A stretch of 64,000 nucleotides of DNA. Origin: Alphaproteobacteria bacterium. Lineage in GTDB: Bacteria; Pseudomonadota; Alphaproteobacteria; Bin95. Below are positions 20,676 to 32,488 of this stretch, in pieces; position 1 is the stretch's first letter, and each line of letters begins with the position of its first letter. The notes beneath the pieces are model-generated. The model was not told the origin of the DNA, searched no databases, and saw only the letters and a list, made by a program, of their open reading frames with translations. The stretch spans positions 4,576,001-4,640,000 of the forward strand of contig CBDBGH010000003.1 in assembly GCA_965205265.1 (NCBI GenBank), given 5' to 3'. The translations under genes were made by a program, and so were the position numbers.

Positions 20676-22331
20676 ATGTTCGTGCGCATCAAGACCTCCC
20701 CCAACAGCCCGCGACGCTCGGTCCAGATCGTCGAGGCCGTGCGCGACGGCGGCAAGGTCCGACAGCGCATCGTCCGCCATGTCGGCGTGGCCATGGACGA
20801 GGACGAGCTCGAGCGCCTGAGGCAGCTCGGCGAGTACGTCAAGGCGAAGCTGGAGGACGAGCGTCAGCCGGCATTGTTTGCGCCCGAGAAGATCGCTGAG
20901 CAGGCGATCCGTGTCGGCCGCCGGGGGGACGGCAAGGAGGAACTCCCGGTCGACCTCAAGCAGCTTGAAGAGGAGCAGCGCCTGATCACAGGCATCCACG
21001 AGGTCTATGGCGAGATCTACCGGCTGCTGGGCCTCGACGCGCTGCTGCCGCGCTCGCGCTACCGGGCCTCCCATGACGCGCTGTTCCATGTGGTGATGGC
21101 GCGGGTAGCCAACCCCGACAGCAAGCGGGGCAGCGTGCGCCGGCTCGAGGAGGACTTCGGCGTGAGTCTTCCGCTCGAGAAGGTCTACCGGATGATGGAT
21201 CAGCTCGACGCGACGGTGATCGAGCGACTGCGCACGCGCGTCGGCGAGGCGAGCCGGTCGCTGCTGCCGGAGCCGGTCGCGATCCTCTTCTTCGATTGCA
21301 CCACGCTCTACTTCGAGACGGCCGCCGAGGACGAGCTTCGCCAGCACGGCTTCAGCAAGGACGGCAAACACAAGGACTCGCAGGTTCTGCTGGCGCTGAT
21401 GGTGACGCGCGAAGGGCTGCCGATCAGCTACGAGGTCTTCCCCGGCGCCACCTACGAGGGACACAGCATGGTCCCGGTCCTGCAGGACATGCAGCGCCGC
21501 CACCAGGTGGAGCGCACGGTATGCGTGGCCGACCGGGGCATGCTGAGCGCCGACAACCTCGACGCCATGGACGCCATCGGCGGCGAGTATGTCGTCGGCG
21601 CGCGGCTGCGCAAGCTGCCGCTCGCGCTGCTGGGGCAGGTTCTCGACCCCGGGACCTATGCCCCGCTGGAGGGCTCACAGGACCGCCGGGTCGGCGAGTG
21701 GGAGTACAAGGGCCGTCGCCTGATCGTCGTCTTCTGCCCCCAGCGCGCACGCAAGGACGCGCACGAGCGCCGCCATCAGGTGGAACGCCTGCTCGACAGG
21801 CTGGCCCGCAGCGACAATCCCAGGGAACTGCTCTCCAATCACGGGGCGAAGCGCTTCATCGCCGTCGAGGGCGACGCACGGCTCACGGTGAACCCGGAGA
21901 AGATCGCCGAGGCCGCACGATGGGACGGGCTCACCGGCGTCATCACCAATCTGCGCGACGCGCGCGTCACCGAAGTGATGGCTCACTACCAGGGGCTCTG
22001 GCAGGTCGAGGAGAGCTTCCGGATCACCAAACACGACCTGAAGATACGTCCCATCTGGCACTGGAACCCGGACCGGATCCGCGCTCACATCGCCATCGCC
22101 TTCCTGGCCTTCGCCTGCGTTCGACACCTTGCGTACCGCGTCGCCATCCAGAAGCGGCGGATGTCCCCGGAGGTCATCCGCTCCGCCCTCGTCCACCGCC
22201 AGTGCTCCCTGCTGCGCTGTCGGCAATCGGGCAACCGCTACGTCATCCCCTCGAAGCCGACACCGGCGGCGGAGCAGATTTACGCAACCATGGGGCTGCC
22301 CCTGACGATCACCCCGTATCAACTCGCCTGA
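20676..22331 (+). CDS. IS1634-family DDE transposase (551 aa)
   Basis: FFDCTTLYF, GFSKD, VADRGM, YQGLWQVEESFRITK (YREK-like), RIRAHI. Confidence 0.93.
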   Translation: MFVRIKTSPNSPRRSVQIVEAVRDGGKVRQRIVRHVGVAMDEDELERLRQLGEYVKAKLEDERQPALFAPEKIAEQAIRVGRRGDGKEELPVDLKQLEEEQRLITGIHEVYGEIYRLLGLDALLPRSRYRASHDALFHVVMARVANPDSKRGSVRRLEEDFGVSLPLEKVYRMMDQLDATVIERLRTRVGEASRSLLPEPVAILFFDCTTLYFETAAEDELRQHGFSKDGKHKDSQVLLALMVTREGLPISYEVFPGATYEGHSMVPVLQDMQRRHQVERTVCVADRGMLSADNLDAMDAIGGEYVVGARLRKLPLALLGQVLDPGTYAPLEGSQDRRVGEWEYKGRRLIVVFCPQRARKDAHERRHQVERLLDRLARSDNPRELLSNHGAKRFIAVEGDARLTVNPEKIAEAARWDGLTGVITNLRDARVTEVMAHYQGLWQVEESFRITKHDLKIRPIWHWNPDRIRAHIAIAFLAFACVRHLAYRVAIQKRRMSPEVIRSALVHRQCSLLRCRQSGNRYVIPSKPTPAAEQIYATMGLPLTITPYQLA

Positions 22332-22397
22332 CCGTCGACGAAGCACGGCTCGAAGAAATGCCGGATGTAGTGCCTAGCCGAAATGAGAACCAGGCAA

Positions 22398-22410
22398 TAT
22401 CAACTACTTA
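22398..22410 (+). promoter_or_regulatory. IHF-consensus site near the IS right end (also 24195-24207)
   Basis: TATCAACTACTTA matches WATCAANNNNTTR exactly. Confidence 0.55.
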
Positions 22411-22472
22411 TGCGAATCAACCGTCGAAGTCAGGAGACTGTCAATGCCTCCGCCACGCGCTACACTCCCCCC

Positions 22473-24128
22473 ATGTTCGTGCGCATCAAGACCTCCCCCA
22501 ACAGCCCGCGACGCTCGGTCCAGATCGTCGAGGCCGTGCGCGACGGCGGCAAGGTCCGACAGCGCATCGTCCGCCATGTCGGCGTGGCCATGGACGAGGA
22601 CGAGCTCGAGCGCCTGAGGCAGCTCGGCGAGTACGTCAAGGCGAAGCTGGAGGACGAGCGTCAGCCGGCATTGTTTGCGCCCGAGAAGATCGCTGAGCAG
22701 GCGATCCGTGTCGGCCGCCGGGGGGACGGCAAGGAGGAACTCCCGGTCGACCTCAAGCAGCTTGAAGAGGAGCAGCGCCTGATCACAGGCATCCACGAGG
22801 TCTATGGCGAGATCTACCGGCTGCTGGGCCTCGACGCGCTGCTGCCGCGCTCGCGCTACCGGGCCTCCCATGACGCGCTGTTCCATGTGGTGATGGCGCG
22901 GGTAGCCAACCCCGACAGCAAGCGGGGCAGCGTGCGCCGGCTCGAGGAGGACTTCGGCGTGAGTCTTCCGCTCGAGAAGGTCTACCGGATGATGGATCAG
23001 CTCGACGCGACGGTGATCGAGCGACTGCGCACGCGCGTCGGCGAGGCGAGCCGGTCGCTGCTGCCGGAGCCGGTCGCGATCCTCTTCTTCGATTGCACCA
23101 CGCTCTACTTCGAGACGGCCGCCGAGGACGAGCTTCGCCAGCACGGCTTCAGCAAGGACGGCAAACACAAGGACTCGCAGGTTCTGCTGGCGCTGATGGT
23201 GACGCGCGAAGGGCTGCCGATCAGCTACGAGGTCTTCCCCGGCGCCACCTACGAGGGACACAGCATGGTCCCGGTCCTGCAGGACATGCAGCGCCGCCAC
23301 CAGGTGGAGCGCACGGTATGCGTGGCCGACCGGGGCATGCTGAGCGCCGACAACCTCGACGCCATGGACGCCATCGGCGGCGAGTATGTCGTCGGCGCGC
23401 GGCTGCGCAAGCTGCCGCTCGCGCTGCTGGGGCAGGTTCTCGACCCCGGGACCTATGCCCCGCTGGAGGGCTCACAGGACCGCCGGGTCGGCGAGTGGGA
23501 GTACAAGGGCCGTCGCCTGATCGTCGTCTTCTGCCCCCAGCGCGCACGCAAGGACGCGCACGAGCGCCGCCATCAGGTGGAACGCCTGCTCGACAGGCTG
23601 GCCCGCAGCGACAATCCCAGGGAACTGCTCTCCAATCACGGGGCGAAGCGCTTCATCGCCGTCGAGGGCGACGCACGGCTCACGGTGAACCCGGAGAAGA
23701 TCGCCGAGGCCGCACGATGGGACGGGCTCACCGGCGTCATCACCAATCTGCGCGACGCGCGCGTCACCGAAGTGATGGCTCACTACCAGGGGCTCTGGCA
23801 GGTCGAGGAGAGCTTCCGGATCACCAAACACGACCTGAAGATACGTCCCATCTGGCACTGGAACCCGGACCGGATCCGCGCTCACATCGCCATCGCCTTC
23901 CTGGCCTTCGCCTGCGTTCGACACCTTGCGTACCGCGTCGCCATCCAGAAGCGGCGGATGTCCCCGGAGGTCATCCGCTCCGCCCTCGTCCACCGCCAGT
24001 GCTCCCTGCTGCGCTGTCGGCAATCGGGCAACCGCTACGTCATCCCCTCGAAGCCGACACCGGCGGCGGAGCAGATTTACGCAACCATGGGGCTGCCCCT
24101 GACGATCACCCCGTATCAACTCGCCTGA
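22473..24128 (+). CDS. IS1634-family DDE transposase, second intact copy
   Basis: Same 551-aa translation as 20676-22331; start codon supplied by the 91-bp duplication. Confidence 0.92.
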   Translation: MFVRIKTSPNSPRRSVQIVEAVRDGGKVRQRIVRHVGVAMDEDELERLRQLGEYVKAKLEDERQPALFAPEKIAEQAIRVGRRGDGKEELPVDLKQLEEEQRLITGIHEVYGEIYRLLGLDALLPRSRYRASHDALFHVVMARVANPDSKRGSVRRLEEDFGVSLPLEKVYRMMDQLDATVIERLRTRVGEASRSLLPEPVAILFFDCTTLYFETAAEDELRQHGFSKDGKHKDSQVLLALMVTREGLPISYEVFPGATYEGHSMVPVLQDMQRRHQVERTVCVADRGMLSADNLDAMDAIGGEYVVGARLRKLPLALLGQVLDPGTYAPLEGSQDRRVGEWEYKGRRLIVVFCPQRARKDAHERRHQVERLLDRLARSDNPRELLSNHGAKRFIAVEGDARLTVNPEKIAEAARWDGLTGVITNLRDARVTEVMAHYQGLWQVEESFRITKHDLKIRPIWHWNPDRIRAHIAIAFLAFACVRHLAYRVAIQKRRMSPEVIRSALVHRQCSLLRCRQSGNRYVIPSKPTPAAEQIYATMGLPLTITPYQLA

Positions 24129-24967
24129 CCGTCGACGAAGCACGGCTCGAAGAAATGCCGGATGTAGTGCCTAGCCGAAATGAGAACCAGGCAATATCAA
24201 CTACTTATGCGAATCAACCGTCGAAGTCAGGGCCAGCGCCGAAACCGTCGACCGGATGATGGCGATGCTGCCGGGTATCGGCCCCGGCTCCCGCGTTCTG
24301 GACATCGGCGCCGGCTATGGCGGCTCGGTGCGGCGCGTCGTCGGGCGGACCGGCTGCACGGCGACATGCCTCAACATCTCCGAGACGCAGAACGACACCA
24401 ACCGGGCCAGGAACCGGCAGGCGAAACTCGGCAGCCGGATATCGGTGGTGCACGGCGTCTTCGAGGACATCCCCGACCCGGACGCCAGCTATGACGCGGT
24501 ATGGAGCCAGGACGCCCTCCTGCATTCCGACCAGCGCGACAGGGTGCTGGCCGAAGTCTGGCGCGTGCTGAAGCCGGGCGGCCACTTCGTGTTCACCGAC
24601 CCGATGCAGGCCGACGACGTGCCGGACGGCGTGCTCCAGCCCGTTTACGACCGGCTCCAGCTCAACAGTCTCGGCTCCATGCGCTTCTACCGGGAGGCGG
24701 CGCAGGCGCTGGGCTTCGAGGTGTTGGCGCAGGAGGACATGACCCGTCATCTCCGCACCCACTACGACCGGGTGCGGGAGGAGCTCACGGCCGGTTACGA
24801 CAAGCTGCGGGAAAACGGCGCCTCGGCGGCGTATCTCGACAAGATGACCGTCGGCCTCGAGAACTGGGTGAAGGCCGCGGATGCCGGACACCTGGCCTGG
24901 GGCATCCAGCTTTTCCGCAAGCCGGAGTGAGGCGCCGGCGCGCCCGCCGCACCGGCCCGTTTGCATC

Positions 24968-25867
24968 ATGAACCGGTATATCCATGACAAAGAGACCGGC
25001 TGCTCCGGCATTCGGGTATCGTTCGAGCTGTTCCCGCCGAAGACGCCGGAAGGCCTGCTCAGACTGTACCGCGAGGTCGACCGGCTGGCGGCGCTGGAGC
25101 CGGAGTATTTCTCCGTCACCTACGGCGCCGGCGGTGCGACGCAGGGCCGCACCGGCGGCGTCGTCGACCGGGTGGCCGAGCGCACCGGCCTGCCCGTCGC
25201 CCACCATCTGACCTGTGTCGGGGCGAGCCGGGCCGGGATAGACGCGCTCGCCCGCAAACTCCGGGACTCCGGCATCCGGCGCATTGTCGCATTACGGGGC
25301 GATCCGCCGGGCGGCGGGTCTTACCGCCCGTCCGCGGGCGGTTATCCCTTCGCAGTCGATCTGGTCGAGGGGCTCATGCGCGTCGCCGACTTCGACATCG
25401 CTGTGGCCGCCTATCTGGAGGTTCACCCGGAGGCGGCGAGCCCGGAGGCGGATATCGACAATCTCAAACGCAAGTTCGACGCCGGCGCCCGCTTCGCGAT
25501 CACGCAATATGCCTTCGACACGGACACGGTGCTCCGCTTCATCGACCGCGCCAGGGCGGCCGGGATCGGCGCGCCGATCGTGCCGGGCATCATGCCGGTC
25601 AGCCATTTCGGCGGATTGAAGCGCTTCTCGGCCAGGTGCGGGGCATCGATCCCCGACTGGATGGAACGCATGTTCGAAGGACTGGACGAGCGGCCCCGGG
25701 CGCGCGCATCCGCCGCCGCGGCGGTGGCGATCGAGCAATGCCGGCGCCTCGCCGACGAGGGCCTGACCGACTTCCACATTTACACCCTGAACAAGGCGGA
25801 GGTCAGCATCGCGCTCTGCCGGGCCCTGCGGACCGGCGCCGGGCAGCCCGGCCTAAGCGCGGCCTGA
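24968..25867 (+). CDS. metF: 5,10-methylenetetrahydrofolate reductase
   Basis: SFELFPPKT, SVTYGAGG, HLTC, IVALRGDPP, NLKRK, FHIYTLN. Confidence 0.95.
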   Translation: MNRYIHDKETGCSGIRVSFELFPPKTPEGLLRLYREVDRLAALEPEYFSVTYGAGGATQGRTGGVVDRVAERTGLPVAHHLTCVGASRAGIDALARKLRDSGIRRIVALRGDPPGGGSYRPSAGGYPFAVDLVEGLMRVADFDIAVAAYLEVHPEAASPEADIDNLKRKFDAGARFAITQYAFDTDTVLRFIDRARAAGIGAPIVPGIMPVSHFGGLKRFSARCGASIPDWMERMFEGLDERPRARASAAAAVAIEQCRRLADEGLTDFHIYTLNKAEVSIALCRALRTGAGQPGLSAA

Positions 25868-26111
25868 AGTGTGGAAATCGATATGGCGACCGGTACCAGG
25901 CCGACATGGCTGCTGGACGTTAACTGCGGCGGAAGCGGAGCGCGGGCTTTGAGTAACACGAAGGCGGCGATAGTTGTTGAAGAGCGTGCCTGTGTCCGCC
26001 GGCGAAGAAGCGCACCGCGCCCGGTCCCGCCAACCGGACCGAACGGCTCCCGGAAGAGCATGGCAAGCCTGTCGACGGCGGCGGCATGGCAGGCGGGACG
26101 GTCGCTGTCCG

Positions 26112-26305
26112 CTAGGCAAAATCGACATTCATCGCATCCGCACGATAGCGGAAGCGATGTGTATAAAGGCGAGGAAGCATATTGCTTTTCGGTCGTATCG
26201 GGTTGCGATGCGCCGGAAGTGTTTGATCTTGTTGAAGTAGCGCTCGATGCGGTTTCGGTGTTTGTAGATTTCGGCGTCATAGCCGATGAGGCGCTTTCGG
26301 GTGCG
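26112..26305 (-). mobile_element. IS5-family remnant (transposase C-terminus and right end)
   Basis: Minus-strand YDAEIYKHRNRIERYFNKIKHFRRIATRYDRK, stop at 26129, end TGAATGTCGATTTTGCCTAG. Confidence 0.8.
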
Positions 26306-26646
26306 GGGTTCCTTTCGTGGTTAGAGTTTGTAGCTCTCACCACTGTTTCCCCGCACCGCGCTCCGAAATCAGGTCAGCGCCATTTCAAAATGACGCACGA
26401 CCCGCCGCTCGAACGACTACGACAGGCTTCATGGCAAGTTGACGTTCGACAGGCCCGCGGGCCCCGGTGGCGGAGACGGCGCTCGCACGCAAGCCGCCCG
26501 GCAAGGTCGGCAGCCGAGCGCCGCCGGTTCGCAAAGATGATTTCAGTGGCGCAAAATTCCCGGCTAATGCCTGGAAAGAAACCGCTATAATTCAACAGGT
26601 CGCGGGGACGGTTCGCGGCAGGTTCCTACAAAACGAGCACCGGCTA

Positions 26647-26736
26647 TGGCGGTGGGGGTGGGATTCGAACCCACGGTACGCTTGCGCGTACAACGGTTTT
26701 CGAGACCGCCCCGTTCAACCGCTCCGGCACCCCACC
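26647..26736 (-). tRNA. tRNA-Ser(CGA)
   Basis: Acceptor stem GGTGGGG/CCCCACC, anticodon loop CTCGAAA, long variable arm, GGTTCGAATCC, encoded CCA. Confidence 0.97.
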
Positions 26737-26849
26737 GCTGACGGGTCGTCGCGCGGCTTCTTACAGGCCGGCCCGCTTTCCGCCAACCTCTTTCTGCAGG
26801 GAAAGGCGCCGCGGCGCCCTGCCCGCCCGCGAGGCCGCAGGCTTGTTGA

Positions 26850-29664
<2,815 letters not shown>

Positions 29665-29668
<4 letters not shown>

Positions 29669-30921
29669 GCGAAGATGCAATCGAGATCGTGGCCCGGCTC
29701 GGCCGGGAGGCGCGGGCCGCAGCCGACAGGCTGGCGGTGACGCCGGGCGAGGTGAAGGACCGGGCGCTCAGGATGGCGGCCCAGGCGGTGCGGGACCGCT
29801 GCCCGCGCCTGCTGGAAGCGAATGCGCGCGACCTGGAGAGCGCGGCCCATCTGCGCGCCTCGCTGCTGGACCGGCTCCGGCTGGACGAGGCGCGGGTCGA
29901 GGCGATTGCAGAGGGGCTGGAGGAAGTCGCCGGCCTTCCCGACCCCGTGGGCTCCGTGGCCGCCTCCTGGACGCGGCCGAACGGCCTGCGCTTCGAACGC
30001 ATCCGCACGCCGCTCGGCGTGGTCGGCATCATCTACGAGTCCCGCCCCAATGTGACGGCCGATGCAGGCGGGCTCTGCCTCAAGTCCGGCAATGCGGCGA
30101 TCCTGCGCGGCGGCTCGGAGAGCTTCCATACCAGCACGGCCATCGTCGAGGCTCTTCACGAGGGACTGGCTGCGGCCGGCCTGCCGAAGGGCTGCATCCA
30201 GATCGTGCCGGTGCGGGACAGGGCGGCCGTCGGCGCCATGCTCTCCATGCGCGGCGCGGTCGATGTGGTGGTGCCGCGCGGCGGCAAGGGGCTGATCCAG
30301 CGCGTGCTGGACGAGGCGCGCGTGCCCGTGATCGGCCATCTGGAAGGGCTCTGCCACGTCTATGTGGACGGCGCGGCGGATCTGGAGAAGGCGCGGCGGG
30401 TGGCGCTCAACGCCAAGATGCGCCGCACGGGCATTTGCGGCGCGGCGGAAACCATCCTGTTCGACCGTGCGGTTGCCGAAAGCCACATGCCGGCGATCCT
30501 CGACGACCTGATCGCGGCCGGCTGCGAGGTGCGCGGCGACACGGAAGTCTGCGCCATGGAGGGCCGGGCCGTGCCTGCGGGCGAGGAGGACTGGAACACG
30601 GAATATCTGGACGCCGTGATCTCGGCCCGGGTGGTGGACGGTGTGGAAGGCGCGGTCAGCCATATCCGGCGTTACGGCTCGCAGCACACCGACACCATCC
30701 TGACCGAGGACGAGGCCGCCGCGGAGCACTTCCTCGCCCATGTGGACAGCGCCATCGTGCTGCACAACGCCTCGACGCAGTTCGCGGACGGAGGCGAGTT
30801 CGGCTTCGGAGCGGAGATCGGCATCTCGACCGACAAGTTCCACGCGCGGGGTCCGGTCGGGGCCGAGCAGCTGACCAGCTACAAATATGTGGTGCGGGGC
30901 GACGGCACGGTGAGGCCCTGA
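29665..30921 (+). CDS. proA: Gamma-glutamyl phosphate reductase
   Basis: [43 protein letters not shown]. Confidence 0.97.
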
Positions 30922-30924
30922 CCG

Positions 30925-31923
30925 GTGCAACCGGCGCGTGTCCGCCTCGCGCCGGCGGCGGGGCGCGTCCGCATTACGCCGGCCGCGGGGCGTATCGGCC
31001 TTCTCGGCGGGTCCTTCAACCCCGCCCATGCCGGCCACCGGCATATCTCCCTCGAAGCGCTGAAGCGCCTGCGCCTCGACCGGGTGTGGTGGCTGGTGTC
31101 GCCGCAGAACCCGCTCAAGGAAGAGGACGGCATGGCGCCGCTGGCCGAGCGCGAGGCGCTTGCCGCCGCCGTCGCCGACCACCCGCGCATCGCCGTGTCC
31201 TCGCTCGAAACCGGTCTTGGCACCCGCTATACGATCGACACCGTTCAGGCATTGAAACAGCGGTACCCGGCGGCTGATTTCGTCTGGCTGATGGGGGCCG
31301 ACAACCTCCGGCAACTACCCCGCTGGCGGGGCTGGCAGCAGCTGTTCCGCGAGGTACCGATTGCCGTTTTCGCGCGCGCGCCCTATCATGCCAACGCGGC
31401 GTCCGGCAAGGCGGCGCTCCGGTTCGCAAGGGCGCGGCTGCGCCCGGAACGGTCCGCGCTTCTGGCCGGCGGCAAGCCCCCTCTGTGGTGCTACCTGCCG
31501 GTCCGCCGCCACCCGGCTTCCGCAACGGCGATAAGGAGTCTCCGTTCGTCGATGCAGACATTCATGGCGCCCGCGCCCGCATCGCCCGGCAGTCCCGACC
31601 TCATGGGGGCCGTGCGTGCGGTGCTGGACGAAATGAAGGCGCTCGACGTGGTGGAAATCGACATGCGCGGCAAGACGGCCGTCTGCGATGACATGGTCGT
31701 CGCCTCCGGCGGCTCGCAGCGCCATGTCCAGGCGATCGCCGACAAGCTGGTCGAGGCGCTGAAGCCGATACTGCCGGCGGTTCCGCCGGTCGAAGGCGCG
31801 GCCCAGGGGGACTGGGTGCTCATCGACGGCGGCGACGTCATCGTCCACCTGTTCCGCCCGGAGGTCCGCGACTTCTACCGGCTTGAGAAGATGTGGGGCT
31901 CGCTGCCGCAGGAGCGCTCCTAG
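30925..31923 (+). CDS. nadD: In-frame NadD (nicotinate-nucleotide adenylyltransferase) and RsfS (ribosome silencing factor) ORF
   Basis: GGSFNPAHAGH, SPQNPLK, MGADN, SATAIR, then without a stop KALDVVEID, SQRHV, WVLIDGGDVIVHLF, FYRLEKMW. Confidence 0.85.
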   Translation: MQPARVRLAPAAGRVRITPAAGRIGLLGGSFNPAHAGHRHISLEALKRLRLDRVWWLVSPQNPLKEEDGMAPLAEREALAAAVADHPRIAVSSLETGLGTRYTIDTVQALKQRYPAADFVWLMGADNLRQLPRWRGWQQLFREVPIAVFARAPYHANAASGKAALRFARARLRPERSALLAGGKPPLWCYLPVRRHPASATAIRSLRSSMQTFMAPAPASPGSPDLMGAVRAVLDEMKALDVVEIDMRGKTAVCDDMVVASGGSQRHVQAIADKLVEALKPILPAVPPVEGAAQGDWVLIDGGDVIVHLFRPEVRDFYRLEKMWGSLPQERS

Positions 31924-32406
31924 ATGCGCTTCGCCGTGGTCGCGGTCGGCCGGATGCGCGGCGATCCGGCGGCGGCGCTGTTCGAACGCTACCGCAAGCG
32001 GCTGCGCGCACCGCTTTCGCTCGCGGAAATCGAGGTTCCGGCGGGGCCGGCGCGCGCCCGCCGGGAGGGCGAGCGCCTGCTCGCCGCCGTGCCGGCGGGC
32101 GCCGTGCTCGCCGTGCTGGACGAGGGCGGCGAGATGCTCTCCAGCGAGGAGCTCGCCAGGCGCCTCGCGCGCTGGCGCGACAGCGGGCGGCGCGATTGCG
32201 CGTTCCTGATCGGCGGCGCCGACGGACACGGCGCCGAGGTGCTGGAGAAGGCGGATCTCCGCCTCTCGCTCGGGCGCATGACATGGCCCCATCTGCTCGT
32301 CCGCGCTATGCTGGCGGAGCAGCTCTACCGGGCGGAGACGATCCTCGCCGACCATCCCTACCACCGGGGCAGGCCGAAGCCGGCCTTTCGCGCCGGCGCC
32401 GATTGA
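31924..32406 (+). CDS. rlmH: 23S rRNA pseudouridine-1915 N3-methyltransferase
   Basis: FLIGGADG, LSLGRMTWPH, EQLYRA, HPYH. Confidence 0.95.
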   Translation: MRFAVVAVGRMRGDPAAALFERYRKRLRAPLSLAEIEVPAGPARARREGERLLAAVPAGAVLAVLDEGGEMLSSEELARRLARWRDSGRRDCAFLIGGADGHGAEVLEKADLRLSLGRMTWPHLLVRAMLAEQLYRAETILADHPYHRGRPKPAFRAGAD

Positions 32407-32488
32407 ATAAGCTGGGTGGGTATCGCCCGCGCGCTTCGGGCCTGCCGGACCCTCCTTCCGGCGGGCCGGGAAAGGACAGGTAACCGTC

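Larger units (their letters stand above)
20519..22434 (+). mobile_element. IS1634-family element, inner complete copy (1916 bp)
   Basis: Same terminal inverted repeats at 20519-20535 and 22418-22434; full transposase. Confidence 0.93.
20309..24231 (+). mobile_element. IS1634-family element, outer copy (1916 bp when inner copy and one 91-bp repeat are removed)
   Basis: 17-bp perfect terminal inverted repeats CCTGACTTCGACGGTTG (20309-20325, 24215-24231). Confidence 0.93.
19098..24930 (+). pseudogene. Fused glycine/sarcosine N-methyltransferase and sarcosine/dimethylglycine N-methyltransferase, interrupted by IS1634
   Basis: GSMT motifs FVEKWDELI, VLDVACGTGFHS, CLGNSFTHL, LDQRNYD; SDMT motifs YYDSDDADTFY..WGGEDLHLG, VLDIGAGYGG, WSQDALLH; joining 19098-20308 to 24447-24930 restores a 564-aa ORF. 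Confidence 0.9.

Noticed and set aside
20309-20728. Apparent 210-bp tandem repeat or array at the IS left end
   Set aside because: Fully explained by the inner IS inserting 210 bp inside the outer IS; it is not a CRISPR or satellite.
22383-22472. 581-aa extended transposase starting in the IS right end
   Set aside because: The extension is chance read-through from inner-IS end sequence; the true start matches 20676, at 22473.
25871-26590. 239-aa plus-strand ORF
   Set aside because: Largely the antisense of the IS5 remnant plus low-complexity sequence.
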